Positions 37,885 to 48,036 are shown, numbered from the stretch's first letter. The stretch: DNA of 64,000 nt from Candidatus Coatesbacteria bacterium (GCA_014728225.1 WJLX01000050.1:3008-67007), one strand, 5' to 3'. Program-made: numbers and translations. Notes: generated by a model not told the origin, from the sequence alone.

Positions 37885-38433
37885 ATGGCCAGGGTCGCCA
37901 GAGAGATGGTCGAAAAAGCCGGGGTGGACGTGGACAAGCTGCTGAAGCTGTTGGTGAAGAACGCAGCCGCCGAGCTTACGACCTACTACTATTACACCAT
38001 CCTGCGCGCCAACCTCATCGGTCTGGACGGCGAGACACTCAAAGAGATTACCGAAGTCGCCCGCATCGAGGACCGCAACCACTTCGAGGCGCTGATACCA
38101 CGGATCTACGAGCTGGGAGGCAAGCTCCCCGATTGCCTGAAGGAGTTCCACGACATCTCCGCCTGTCCCCCGGCAAGCCTGCCCGAGACGCCGGACGCCA
38201 AAGCCATCCTCAAGGTGCTCGTCGAGGCTGAACGCTGCGCCGTCCGAGGCTATACGGAAATCTGCAGCATGACGGCCGGCAAGGATCACCGCACCCACGA
38301 CCTCGCCCTGGCCATCTTAAATGAAGAGATCGAGCACGAATCCTGGTTCTCCGAGTTTTTGGGGGAGGGACCGTCGGGCCACTTCATGCGCCGGGGTGAA
38401 AGCTCGCCTTTCGTCTCCAAGTTTCTAAGGTAG
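37885..38433 (+). CDS. ferritin-like (bacterioferritin-like) protein, paralog of 20668..21165
   Basis: VDKLLKLLVKNAAAELTTYYYYTIL... and ILNEEIEHESWFSEFL parallel the other ferritin-like gene; RBS aaggagg; AT-rich upstream region. Confidence 0.7.
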   Translation: MARVAREMVEKAGVDVDKLLKLLVKNAAAELTTYYYYTILRANLIGLDGETLKEITEVARIEDRNHFEALIPRIYELGGKLPDCLKEFHDISACPPASLPETPDAKAILKVLVEAERCAVRGYTEICSMTAGKDHRTHDLALAILNEEIEHESWFSEFLGEGPSGHFMRRGESSPFVSKFLR

Positions 38434-38462
38434 GCGGCAGCGTTACCCACAGTCAAGAAGAG

Positions 38463-38490
38463 CAGGGGCCGACCGGCCGGTCGGCCCCTG
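38463..38490 (+). terminator. perfect GC hairpin (possible terminator; no T-tract)
   Basis: caggggccgaccggccggtcggcccctg, 30 nt after the stop. Confidence 0.4.
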
Positions 38491-38808
38491 CTGGTCGGCC
38501 CGTTGATCAGCGACGACGGCGAAAACCCGCCGGGACGCCTGTCCTCAGTCGCCCGCTGAATACCGGCGGCGCTCTGGGTGCTTAGACCCCAGGCCCCGCC
38601 GGTGCGGTGTACCCCGCCCTCACTGCGTTCGAGTCGGCCGGAAAGGCAAACCGCCTCAACGACAAGGACGGACTGCAACCTCCATACCTTTGCTGTGCTG
38701 CGTCAGGCCGACCACCGGCGTACCGTCGACCGCTGAACAGCCGACCAATGAAATGAACCAAAGAAAAACGGACGCCCGGTGGCGCCCGTAGAATAATTGA
38801 AAACGACC

Positions 38809-39003
38809 CTAGCCCGCCGGTTTGACGACCTTCCCGGCACGGATGCAGCTCGAACAGACGCGGATCCGCCGGGTCCGGCCGTCGACGACGGCGCGCACCT
38901 TGAACAGGTTGGGCTTGAAGACCCGCTTGGTCCGCCGGATGGAATGGCTGACGTTGTGGCCGGTCGAGGACTGTTTGCCGCAGATCGCGCAGCGGTTGCT
39001 CAT
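38809..39003 (-). CDS. rpmB: 50S ribosomal protein L28
   Basis: MSNRCAICGK..GHNVSHS.RRTKR...PNL...V..DGRTRRIRVCSSCIRAGKV: canonical L28. Confidence 0.9.
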   Translation of the reverse strand: MSNRCAICGKQSSTGHNVSHSIRRTKRVFKPNLFKVRAVVDGRTRRIRVCSSCIRAGKVVKPAG

Positions 39004-39132
39004 GGCGGTGCTCCGGGCTGTGCTGTTGGACTGGCTGTTGTACTGTTTAGTGACGCCTTGGCCGTCGTTTTGCGTCGTCTTGAGCGACGGGGGCGAAGTT
39101 TAGCACGCCGGCCGGGGCGTGTCAAGCGTTCG

Positions 39133-40467
39133 TCACTGCTCGACGTAGTAGGGCAGGCGGTGCTCGGTTTTGCGGCGCTGGTGGCGCTCGTGGTAGTCGC
39201 GGAAGAGGTAGGCGATGAAGATCGCGTTGGCGCCGATGAAGGCGGCGGCGATGAAGAAGGGCCAGACCGGTCCGGCGGACTCGTAGAGCGCCGTGGCGGC
39301 GATCGGTCCCACCACCAGGCCGAAGCTGGTGATCGTCCCGACACCGCCCAGCACCGTGGCCCGGTTACGCGCCGGGAGCTGCTCGAGAATCAGGCTCATC
39401 CAGCTCGGCAGCACCAGGGCGATGCCCACCCCGACAACGGCCATCATCACGTAGTAGGAGCCGATGATAGTGATGAAAGGGATGGTCACCAGTCCGGCGC
39501 AGATCAGCAGCATCCCGGTGATCATCAGGTACTTGCGCCCGATGCGCTCGGCGAAGCGTCCCGCCGGGTAGACGACGATCACCGTGGCGATCGAGAGCAC
39601 CAGGAAGCCGAAGCCGGACTCGGATTCGGTAAAGCCGACGTCGTTGTTGATGAACAGCACCAGCACCGAGGTGTTGATGCCGACGATGAACATGTTGATG
39701 AAGCCCTGGATGGAGAGGGCCAGCAGGCGACCGTTGGTGTAGAGCTCCTTCAGCGCGCCGCCGAGTTCACGCAGCCAGTCCAGGAAGGGATGCTCGGCGG
39801 CTCGGGCCGCCGCCCGGCGCTTGGACTTGCGCGGCCGGCGCAGGGTCTCCTGCAGGAACAGCAAGCACAGCAGGGCCGTGGCGCCGATCAGCATGCTGGC
39901 CGAGTAGAAGGTCCAGCGCGCCCCGCCCCCGGCCACCCCGCCGAACCAGTCCATCAGGTACAGGCCGATGGCCGGGCCGACGCCGGTGCCCACGGCGAAG
40001 GCCAGGTTGAGAATGCCCAGGGCGGCGTCGCGCCGGCCCCGGGACATCATGTCGGCCACCATGGCGTTGGCCGCGGGCCAGATGACGGAGTTGCCGGCGC
40101 CGTCGGCGGCGCGGATGGGGATGTAGAGCCAGACCAGGGAGCCTACGCCGATCAGGGACAACAGCAGCGGGCTGGCCATCGAGACCAGCAGGCCGAGGAT
40201 GATCATCAACCGGCGGCCGAAACGATCGGCCAGCGAACCGCCGAAGATCTTGAGGAAGGTGTTGGAGAAGGAGAAGGCGGCGATGGCCACGCCGACCAGT
40301 CCCACCGAGGCGCCGAGGTTGTTGGTGGCGTGGAGCTGGATGGCCGGGATGACGATGCCGTAGCCCAGCTCGGCGGCGAAGATCGAGACGATCAGCAGCA
40401 GGTAGTTGCGCCCCACGCTGATGTTGCGCAGTCCTTTGCCGCCGCGGCTGTCTCGTCCCAGGGTCAT
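39133..40467 (-). CDS. MFS transporter
   Basis: 444 aa, 12-TM, MFS signature G.LADRFGRR. Confidence 0.8.
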   Translation of the reverse strand: MTLGRDSRGGKGLRNISVGRNYLLLIVSIFAAELGYGIVIPAIQLHATNNLGASVGLVGVAIAAFSFSNTFLKIFGGSLADRFGRRLMIILGLLVSMASPLLLSLIGVGSLVWLYIPIRAADGAGNSVIWPAANAMVADMMSRGRRDAALGILNLAFAVGTGVGPAIGLYLMDWFGGVAGGGARWTFYSASMLIGATALLCLLFLQETLRRPRKSKRRAAARAAEHPFLDWLRELGGALKELYTNGRLLALSIQGFINMFIVGINTSVLVLFINNDVGFTESESGFGFLVLSIATVIVVYPAGRFAERIGRKYLMITGMLLICAGLVTIPFITIIGSYYVMMAVVGVGIALVLPSWMSLILEQLPARNRATVLGGVGTITSFGLVVGPIAATALYESAGPVWPFFIAAAFIGANAIFIAYLFRDYHERHQRRKTEHRLPYYVEQ

Positions 40468-40563
40468 CGTCGGTTCCTCATGACGGCCTTACGAACCCGC
40501 TCGGCGCTGCGGCGTAGAAGCGGGGACCCGACCGGGTCCCCGGCGCAGTGCCGCGAAATCGCT

Positions 40564-41562
40564 CTAGATGCCGCCGTGGTCGGCCTTGGCCAGGCCGGTC
40601 AGCAGCTCGACGGCGCCCCGGTAATCTTCCAGATGGGCCGTCTCGCTGGGCTGATGGACATAGCGGGTGGGGATGCTGACCGCGCCGACGGGCACGCCGC
40701 CCTTGGTGAACTGGATGCCGAAGGCGTCGGTGGTGCCGCCGCGCAGAACCTCGCGCTGGTAGGGCAGGCCGAGCTCCTCGCAGGTGGCGATCATCAGCTT
40801 GCGGATGCTGGTCGGGATCACCGTGCCGCCGTCCATCATCTTCAGCGCCACCCCCTTGCCCAGCTCGCAGGGCATCGGTTTGCACAGCGGTGTGTCGCCG
40901 GACATGGTCACATCGACGGCGTAGGCCACCTCGGGATCGATGCCGTAGGCGCTGGTGCGCGCCCCGCGGACTCCGACCTCCTCCTGGACGGTGAAGACGA
41001 AGTGGCATTCGTTGGGCGCCGCGCCGTCGAGCTTGCGCAGGGTCTCGACGAGGGCGGCGCAGCCCAGGCGGTCGTCGAGGGCCTTGGAGACGACGACGTC
41101 GCCCTGGAAGACCGTCGGCCGGGTGAAGCAGGCGGCGTCGCCGATATCCACCCGTTTCGCGGCGGCGGCGCGATCCGGGGCGCCGATATCGACGAACAGG
41201 TGCTGCCAGCCGTGCTTGCCGGCTTCCACGCCCCGGCCCTCGAGGCCGATGACCCCGACGGTGCCGTCGGCGAACTCGACCCGGCGTCCCACCAGATGCT
41301 GGTGGTAGACGCCGCCCAGAGGGGTGACGCGCAGGAAGCCGGCTTCATCGACGTAATGGCAGGCCAGGCCGATCTCGTCGGCGTGGGCGGCGAACATCAA
41401 CCGGCGGCCGCCGGAGCCCACCCGGCAGATCAGGTTACCCATCACGTCGTAGCGTAGCTCGTCGACGTGGGGCTTGACCATTTCGGCGATCTTCTCCAGC
41501 ACGGGGCGCTCGGAGCCCGAGGGGCCGAAGGCTTGACAGAGGGTGCGGATGGTGTCTTGCAT
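40564..41562 (-). CDS. M42-family aminopeptidase (FrvX/YsdC/TET-like), paralog 1
   Basis: AAHADEIGL, TVQEEVGVRGA, metal-binding pattern of the M42 family. Confidence 0.8.
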   Translation of the reverse strand: MQDTIRTLCQAFGPSGSERPVLEKIAEMVKPHVDELRYDVMGNLICRVGSGGRRLMFAAHADEIGLACHYVDEAGFLRVTPLGGVYHQHLVGRRVEFADGTVGVIGLEGRGVEAGKHGWQHLFVDIGAPDRAAAAKRVDIGDAACFTRPTVFQGDVVVSKALDDRLGCAALVETLRKLDGAAPNECHFVFTVQEEVGVRGARTSAYGIDPEVAYAVDVTMSGDTPLCKPMPCELGKGVALKMMDGGTVIPTSIRKLMIATCEELGLPYQREVLRGGTTDAFGIQFTKGGVPVGAVSIPTRYVHQPSETAHLEDYRGAVELLTGLAKADHGGI

Positions 41563-41592
41563 GGCGGTCTTGGACCTCCTCGGAGCTCCGGG

Positions 41593-42645
41593 TTAGGCCT
41601 TGAACTCGCCCAGGCGGCGGATGACGGCGCCGAGCAGGCGGAGCATATTCTGATAGTCGTTCTCGTCGGCGATGCCCACGGGTGAATGGATGTAACGCAC
41701 CGGCAGGGAAACGGTCAGCACCCGGGTACCGGCGCGGGCGCGCTGAACCACGGAGGATTCCGTTCCGCCGGTGATCGAGCGCTTGTACTGGTAGGGGATC
41801 CCCTCGTCCTCGGCCACGCCGCGGACGAAGTCCAGCCAGGCCCGGTCGGCGATGTGGGAGCGGTCGAGGATCGAAAGGGCCGGACCGGCGCCCAGCTCCG
41901 TCGAGGGCGGCTCGTCGCGGCCGCGCCAGTCGCCGGGCACGTCGCCGGCCGTCGTGCCCTCGCAGGCGATGAACACGTCGGGCCGCAGGGTGTAACCGGC
42001 CACGCGGCCGCCGCGGACGCCGATCTCCTCCTGGGTGGTGAAGGCCCCGAAGAAGGGGGTGCCGTCGACGCCGTCGGGATGGCTCTTGAGCAGTTCGGCG
42101 ATCACGGCGCAGCCCGCCCGGTCGTCGAAGCACTTGCCGAAGTAGCGTCCGTTCTGGGCGAAGAAACGGGTGTCGAAGTGGATCGGATCACCGACGTTGA
42201 CCAGCTTCTCGGCCTCGTCCTTCTTCGAGCAACCGACGTCGATGAACAGGGCGTCGTGCTTGATGATCTTGTTGAACTCCTCGCGGCTCTTGTGCAGGTG
42301 GGGGCTCTTGAGGCCCACCACGCCGGGGATGCGCTTGTCGCCCCGGCCGACGACGACACGCTTCGAGGCCAGCACCCGATCGTCGATGCCGCCCAGCTTC
42401 TCGAACTTGAGCGCTCCCGAGGAGGTGAGCTCGGTGACGCACATCCCGACCTCGTCCATGTGAGCCGAGAGCAACAGCCGCGGTCCGGCGAAAGCCGCCG
42501 GATCGCCGACCTTGCACAGCAGATTGCCCAGGGCGTCGACCCGGTGATCGGTCAGCGCGCCCTCCAGCTCCGCCAGCAGCAGCTCGCGGACCTCGTCCTC
42601 GTAACCCGAGGTGCCGTGAACGTTGCTCAGTTTCTCCAGCAGCAT
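41593..42645 (-). CDS. M42-family aminopeptidase, paralog 2
   Basis: SAHMDEVGM, TTQEEIGVRGG. Confidence 0.8.
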   Translation of the reverse strand: MLLEKLSNVHGTSGYEDEVRELLLAELEGALTDHRVDALGNLLCKVGDPAAFAGPRLLLSAHMDEVGMCVTELTSSGALKFEKLGGIDDRVLASKRVVVGRGDKRIPGVVGLKSPHLHKSREEFNKIIKHDALFIDVGCSKKDEAEKLVNVGDPIHFDTRFFAQNGRYFGKCFDDRAGCAVIAELLKSHPDGVDGTPFFGAFTTQEEIGVRGGRVAGYTLRPDVFIACEGTTAGDVPGDWRGRDEPPSTELGAGPALSILDRSHIADRAWLDFVRGVAEDEGIPYQYKRSITGGTESSVVQRARAGTRVLTVSLPVRYIHSPVGIADENDYQNMLRLLGAVIRRLGEFKA

Positions 42646-42654
42646 CCTTACCCC

Positions 42655-43722
42655 CTACCAGTCGACCGGTCGGAAGACCGGCAGGTCGCGGCTGTCGGCG
42701 GCGGCGATGATCAGCCGGCCGACGGCCTTGATGTCGTCGAGGTTGACCGTCTCGACGGTGGAGTGCATGTAGCGCAGGGGGATGCCCAGGTTGGCCGTCG
42801 GCACGCCCCCGGCGCTGACCTCGATCGTCGAGCCGTCGGTGCCGTAGGGGCTGTGCCAGAAGATCTTCTGCTTGGTGACGCCGCTCTCCCCGGCGGCGCG
42901 CTCCAGCGCCTCGACCAGCTTGGGATGGTTGTTGAGGCCGAAGGTGACGGCCACCCCCTGGCCCAGCTCGATGGAGTCCTTCTCCGGCACCCCCTCGTGG
43001 CGGCCCTGGTCGACATCGATGACCAGCACGGCGTCGGGGCGGTTGGCGTAGGTGAAACCGGCGGCCCCCAGCCCCGTCCACTCCTCCTGGACGCCGGCTA
43101 CAGCGACGAGGTCGTGGAAGTGGCGACGGCGTTGGGCCAGCCGCAGGGCCCAGGTCACCGCGGCCACGGCGCTGCGGTCGTCGCAGGCGGCCACGGCGCG
43201 GACGGCGCCGTCCAGCCTGGTGTAGTCGCTGGGAAAGCTGACCGGATCGCCGACGGCGACCTTGTCCCGAACCTCGGCTTCGGGGAGGCCGAGATCGAGG
43301 AAAAGGTCATCCCAGCCCACGACCTGCTTGCGCTCATCCGGGGACTGCAGGTGGGGCGGGGTGGCGCCGACGACGCCACGCAGGGTCTCGCTGCCGTGGA
43401 CGGTCAGGACCTGCCCCGGCAGGATGCGTTTATCTACGCCGCCGACCATCTGCAGGCGCAGAAAGCCGCCGGTCTCGATACGGTAGACCTCCAGGCCGAT
43501 CTGGTCCAGATGGGCCACGGCGGCCAGCTTGAGCCGCTCGCCGTCGGGACCGTCGCCGCGCTTGACTCCGATGACGTTGCCCACGCGGTCCGTGGTCAAC
43601 TCATCGACCAGGGGCTCCCAGAGTTCGCGGACCACCTCGGCGGCGGGGCCTTCGGTGCCGGTGAGACCGGCGACGCCGGTCAGGCGTTCCAGCAGCTCAT
43701 CCAAGTCTGTTCCACCTTTCAA
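42655..43722 (-). CDS. M42-family aminopeptidase, paralog 3
   Basis: VAHLDQIGL, GVQEEWTGLGA. Confidence 0.75.
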   Translation of the reverse strand: MKGGTDLDELLERLTGVAGLTGTEGPAAEVVRELWEPLVDELTTDRVGNVIGVKRGDGPDGERLKLAAVAHLDQIGLEVYRIETGGFLRLQMVGGVDKRILPGQVLTVHGSETLRGVVGATPPHLQSPDERKQVVGWDDLFLDLGLPEAEVRDKVAVGDPVSFPSDYTRLDGAVRAVAACDDRSAVAAVTWALRLAQRRRHFHDLVAVAGVQEEWTGLGAAGFTYANRPDAVLVIDVDQGRHEGVPEKDSIELGQGVAVTFGLNNHPKLVEALERAAGESGVTKQKIFWHSPYGTDGSTIEVSAGGVPTANLGIPLRYMHSTVETVNLDDIKAVGRLIIAAADSRDLPVFRPVDW

Positions 43723-44331
43723 GCCGTCTTGTCGCGATTGTCAAAGGGGTCTAAGTTTAGGCCATCGACGGCCTCCGGGTCAAGGGAGAGGGTGTGGCGG
43801 GCCCCGACGCACGCTACCACTGCCAACGGGCCATCCGAGGTACGGCGCACGCATTCCCGATGGACGCCCTGGAACAGATGGCCGGCGCACCGTTGGTGAG
43901 CTTGCAAACGATGGCGTCGGTTTCCGCGCAGAGGCCTGCAATGGCGATAACAACGCTGATGCATCGGTTGATCGATGCTATCGCCGCCAACGGGTGATGG
44001 GTGGATGATGGCTCGAAGTTTCGTCAACGTGTGATTACCGTTCCCGCTTGGCGCGATCCAGTTATTAGGTCGTATCCGCAGGTTCGGTTGGATTGCTGGG
44101 ACTGTGGATCATGGTTTTCGTTGGAAAAGGGGACTCGTTCGCTTGTTTATTAATGTATGTCGGTTTCATGTTGGACTTTCGCGTGCACCGATAACTATCA
44201 GTAGGCCGGTTACCTTGAGAACGTCAAACCTGCTTGCGGTGATTTATACGCAGGGACGCTCATCCTGTCTAGCTTCATATGCAGCATTGAATTGGTATAG
44301 GCTAGCAAAATGATGAAATCCAAAAATATAA

Positions 44332-44360
44332 TTGCAAAACTGTTCGATAATATGTTATAA
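44332..44360 (+). promoter_or_regulatory. putative sigma70-like promoter (ttgcaa-17-ttataa)
   Basis: In a low-GC stretch about 100 nt upstream of the 44462 gene. Confidence 0.35.
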
Positions 44361-44461
44361 GTGTAAAGTCGAGTTCAAGCCCCAACTATCAAACTCTACG
44401 GTTTAAACCAACTGTTTAAGCGGATAAGTAAAGATTTGCCTACCAACAGGAAGGATCGATC

Positions 44462-44791
44462 ATGACGCCTCAAGACAAACTGGTCAAGGCCCGCAAGAAG
44501 GCCCGTCAGGCTCGGGAGAACCGCTCGGCCAAAGAATCCAAGTTCCTCAACAAGTTCGATGTCCCCGACGAAAAGAAGCAGGAGCTCGAGGCCCCCGACG
44601 AGAAGTACTACCTCACCCCGCGGGGCATCGCCGAGAACCTGGGCATCTCCTACCAGGTCGTGATGAAGCACCTGCACCTGGCCGCCGAGACAGAGGGCCA
44701 GGAAGGCCTGCGCCACCGCCGTAAGGGACCGCGCTACGTCGTCAGCGAGGAGGACTTCGAGGACTGGTACGACAAGTACATCGCCGGTTAA
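44462..44791 (+). CDS. excisionase-family (HTH_17/MerR-superfamily) DNA-binding protein with basic N-terminus
   Basis: YYLTPRGIAENLGISYQVVMKHL...RRKGPRYVVSEEDFEDWY matches the excisionase/HTH_17 pattern; RBS aggaagg. Confidence 0.55.
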   Translation: MTPQDKLVKARKKARQARENRSAKESKFLNKFDVPDEKKQELEAPDEKYYLTPRGIAENLGISYQVVMKHLHLAAETEGQEGLRHRRKGPRYVVSEEDFEDWYDKYIAG

Positions 44792-44810
44792 GCGAGAACA
44801 AGTGTTGGTT

Positions 44811-44838
44811 GCAGGCCCCCGCTTCAACGGGGGCCTGC
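44811..44838 (+). terminator. GC hairpin directly after the stop
   Basis: gcaggcccccgcttcaacgggggcctgc. Confidence 0.5.
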
Positions 44839-44874
44839 TGTCAAGGGGCCTGCTGTCAAGGGGCCTGCTGTCAA
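44830..44874. repeat. 15-bp tandem repeat ggggcctgctgtcaa x3
   Basis: Three perfect copies; the first overlaps the terminator hairpin arm. Confidence 0.75.
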
Positions 44875-44977
44875 GACGATGGACTCGTATTAACAGGTTG
44901 CGGCTCGATTCGACCGGCCAGTAAAGGAGCGCCCCGCGGCGCTCCTCGTCTTTGAACCCGGCGCTCGTCCGCCGGAC

Positions 44978-46348
44978 TCAATACTGGGTCAGGTCGAAGT
45001 ACAGCGGCTCGCCGGTGCCCACGTTATAGTTGTTGACGTAGACGATCGGCGTCACCGCCAGGTTGTGGAAGCCCGGCGCCATGTTCAAAGCCCAGTAGGG
45101 AATATAGAGCGCCAGGTCCTCGAAGTAGATGTCGTTGCCCTCGACGATGAACTGCTCGGTGTAGACGGCCACCTGGCCGTAAATGTCGGCGTAGTATTGG
45201 GAGTTGGCGTACAGCGGCTGGCCGTTGGCGAAGGTGAACTGCAGCACTACCTGGCCCACGCCGCCGTAGCAGTTGGAGAGCTCGCCGTCGAGATAGACGA
45301 CCATGCCGAAACCGTCCGGGGTCTCGACGTCGTACTCGACCCAGGTGGTGTCGACTTCGGCGTAGGGGTAATCGGCGGGGGCGTAGATGTCCGGATCGTA
45401 GGAATCGACGTAGTAGTCCGTGGGATCAGCCTCCGGGCTGTCCTCCACCTGGTAGGGGCCCTTGCCGTCGTCGTAGGGATCGTACTCGATCTCGTCGGGA
45501 CCGTCGTAGGTCACGTCGTCGGGAACGCTGATGATCAGGTCCTGGCAGACATAGCCCTCGACGACGATCTGCTTCATCGCCTCGTAGGAGATCCAGCCGC
45601 AGCCGTTGTCGCCCCAGCCCGTGCCCCAGGAATTGAAGATCTTGAAGGCCCCGCGGGCATCATCGTAACCGATGGCCACCACGGCGTGGCCCCCCGTCGA
45701 ATAGCCCGAGTAGCTGGAGTAAATCTCGCCGGGTCCCAGGTATTCCAAGGCGTTGTCGACCATGATGCCCAGCATCACCGGGAAACCGCTGGAGATCTGA
45801 GCCTTCATCTCGACGGTGTCCATCACGTTGACCCGCCGCCAGGTGGCGATGCGGTAGGGGTTGGCCCGGCTGCGCTCGTTGTGCGTCGGCATGGTCGAGC
45901 AGTCCCACTGGTTGTAACCGAACTCCGACAACGGCAGGGCACCCTGCTCGGTCAGGACGTTGAAGGCGTCGATATAGCTGGCGCCGCCCATCCGGTTGCC
46001 CGGAGGATAGGCGATCTGGTTATAGACATAGGCCGGTGAGAACCGGTGATCGTCGTCCTCGATGTTCCAGCCGCGCTCCACCCCCTCCTGATAAGTCTTG
46101 ACGCCGTAAGCCGCCGCCCAGCCGACACAGGAGGACTGCTCGCCCTGATCGCCCGGGGAGGGGAAGTAACGTCGCAGGTCGGCCGACGAGGGCACCTCGC
46201 CCATCAACGGCGGACTGGCCAGGGGGATCGAACGGTAGCGGTCCTCCTCGGCGAACACCAGCCCCGTCGAGCGCTGGGCCGCCAGGGGACTCAGCGTCCC
46301 GAGGGCCAAAACCAACACCAATGCCGTGTAAACGAAACGCCTGTGCAT
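44978..46348 (-). CDS. papain-like cysteine peptidase (C1 family), secreted
   Basis: Signal peptide; catalytic QGEQSSCVGWAAAY (Cys), GGHAVVAIGYDD (His), NSWGTGWGDNG (Asn). Confidence 0.85.
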   Translation of the reverse strand: MHRRFVYTALVLVLALGTLSPLAAQRSTGLVFAEEDRYRSIPLASPPLMGEVPSSADLRRYFPSPGDQGEQSSCVGWAAAYGVKTYQEGVERGWNIEDDDHRFSPAYVYNQIAYPPGNRMGGASYIDAFNVLTEQGALPLSEFGYNQWDCSTMPTHNERSRANPYRIATWRRVNVMDTVEMKAQISSGFPVMLGIMVDNALEYLGPGEIYSSYSGYSTGGHAVVAIGYDDARGAFKIFNSWGTGWGDNGCGWISYEAMKQIVVEGYVCQDLIISVPDDVTYDGPDEIEYDPYDDGKGPYQVEDSPEADPTDYYVDSYDPDIYAPADYPYAEVDTTWVEYDVETPDGFGMVVYLDGELSNCYGGVGQVVLQFTFANGQPLYANSQYYADIYGQVAVYTEQFIVEGNDIYFEDLALYIPYWALNMAPGFHNLAVTPIVYVNNYNVGTGEPLYFDLTQY

Positions 46349-46503
46349 GGCATAAACCTCCGTTAAACCTGCGGGACCCGGCTCGGGAGCTCTACCACCC
46401 GGGTCGGCGCAGCCGCTGGTTGCCGTGGTGGATGCTTACTACCATTTTAGCCCAACTCGGTGCCGTTGTCAGGTGGCTTGACCAAAACCACAAACGCCTC
46501 GAC

Positions 46504-46699
46504 GGCGGCGGGAGGCCGTTGATAGCGATACCGAGGTCTGCGGCCGCCGCAGACCCCCGGCCGGAACTGGCACGGTTTTTGCATCTCGGCGACCGTTAAT
46601 GACGATGATAACGGTCGGCCTCCGCAAAAACCGTGCCAGTTCCGGCCGGGGGTCGTGGTTTTTCGGGGGTTGGCGGGTTTTCAGCGGCCTCCCGCCGCC
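46504..46699. repeat. long nested palindromic element, copy 3 (core 46561-46645)
   Basis: Outer arms ggcggcgggaggccg / cggcctcccgccgcc; inner palindrome ggtctgcggccgccgcagacc; core identical to copy 1 except the loop. Confidence 0.7.
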
Positions 46700-46722
46700 G
46701 GTTCGTCAACGTCCCGCGAGGT

Positions 46723-48036
46723 TTAGAAGAACAGCCGACTGATGTCGGAGTAGACGGCGAGGATGAACAGGCCGCCGATCAGCAGGATGCCGAGGTAGGC
46801 GAAGCCGCGCTGGACGGCGGGCGGTGTGGGGCGTCGGCGGATCATCTCGCCGATGAGCAGGGTCAGGTGGCCGCCGTCGAGGGGGAAGACGGGCAGCAGG
46901 TTGAAGATGGCCAAGAGGACGGATAGGGTGGCGACAAAGCGCAGGAAGGCGGAGATGCCTTGTTGGGCGATCCGGCCCGAGGCGTAGGCGATGGTCAGGA
47001 TCGAGCCCAGGTTCTGCTTGACGGGCAGTCGGTTGGTCAGCAGCAGGGAGATGCCGCGGTAGGTGCTCTGGAGTTGACCGTAGGTTTCGCCGGCGGCGAG
47101 GGCCAGGCCGTCGAAGGGTCCGGGGTGGATCTCGCGCACCCGGCCGCCGAGGATGAACAGGGCTTCTTCGGCCAGCACCCGGGTTTCGATCTGCAGGTTG
47201 AAGGCCTCACCGTTTTCATGGATACGCAACAGCACGGTCTCGGCGTCGTTGTCGACGGCGGCGGCCAACTCGGCGCGGAAGTCTTGCAGGGTGGTGACGC
47301 CGACGCCGTCGACGGCGGAGATGCGCTGGCCCTCGCGGAAGCCCAGTTCCCGGGCGTACTCCCCGGTTTCGGCGATCGTGGTCTCGATGTGCGGGGCGAC
47401 GCCGATCTGGCCGTATCCCAGTTCGGGGTTGGTGTAGGGAGTCAGTTGGAGTTCGCGGTGCTGGCCGCCGCGCTCGACGGTCATGCTGAAGGAGCCGCCG
47501 GAGTGCATCATCACCTGTTCGGTGAACTCTTTCCAGCTCGCCACGGGTTCGTCCTCGACGGCCAGGACGCGATCGCCGGGTTCGAGACCGGCCAGGGCGG
47601 CCGGTGAGCTTTGGCCCTCGGGTAGCTCGGCGACGACCTGGCCGATGACTGGCTCATAGTAGACCTCTTCGTAGCCGATCCAGTTGACGACGCTGAAGAT
47701 AAACAGGGCCAGAACGAGGTTGGCGACGGGCCCGGCCAGGTAGACCAGCAGGCGGTGGGAGCGGGGGTGGCTGAGCAGGTGGTGGGGTTCGGACTGCAGG
47801 GGGTCCTGGATGTTGTCGCCGGCCAGGCGGACGTAGCCTCCCAGGGGGACCAGGGAGAGCCGGTAGTCGGTGTTGCCGCGCTGGAGGCCGAAGAGCCGCT
47901 TGCCGAAACCGACGCTGTAGGTGTCGACGCCGATGCCCAGGGCGCGGGCGACCCACATGTGACCGGCCTCGTGGAACAGCACCACGGGGAAGAAGGCCAG
48001 CAGGAAGTAGATGATCGACTCGAAGATGGTTTCCAC
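46723..48036 (-). CDS. rseP: RIP metalloprotease RseP (site-2 protease, M50)
   Basis: HEAGHMWVARA HExxH, PDZ region, LDGGH. Confidence 0.85.
   Translation of the reverse strand: METIFESIIYFLLAFFPVVLFHEAGHMWVARALGIGVDTYSVGFGKRLFGLQRGNTDYRLSLVPLGGYVRLAGDNIQDPLQSEPHHLLSHPRSHRLLVYLAGPVANLVLALFIFSVVNWIGYEEVYYEPVIGQVVAELPEGQSSPAALAGLEPGDRVLAVEDEPVASWKEFTEQVMMHSGGSFSMTVERGGQHRELQLTPYTNPELGYGQIGVAPHIETTIAETGEYARELGFREGQRISAVDGVGVTTLQDFRAELAAAVDNDAETVLLRIHENGEAFNLQIETRVLAEEALFILGGRVREIHPGPFDGLALAAGETYGQLQSTYRGISLLLTNRLPVKQNLGSILTIAYASGRIAQQGISAFLRFVATLSVLLAIFNLLPVFPLDGGHLTLLIGEMIRRRPTPPAVQRGFAYLGILLIGGLFILAVYSDISRLFF

Noticed and set aside
38463-38800. Candidate terminator for rpmB in aaaaacggacgcccggtggcgcccg
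   Set aside because: The GC segments are direct, not inverted, repeats. No convincing hairpin could be drawn.
34463-43899. Very long track ORFs (971 aa minus at 34463..37378; 886 aa plus at 38797..41457; 737 aa plus at 41686..43899; likewise 26722..28713, 24593..25792, 53130..54578, 17920..19068)
   Set aside because: All lie antisense to well-supported genes (hutU, L28/MFS/M42 peptidases, VIT-vWA, M28 peptidase, the P-loop protein, PD40 proteins). They have low-complexity Ala/Gly/Arg/Pro-rich translations typical of GC-driven spurious ORFs.
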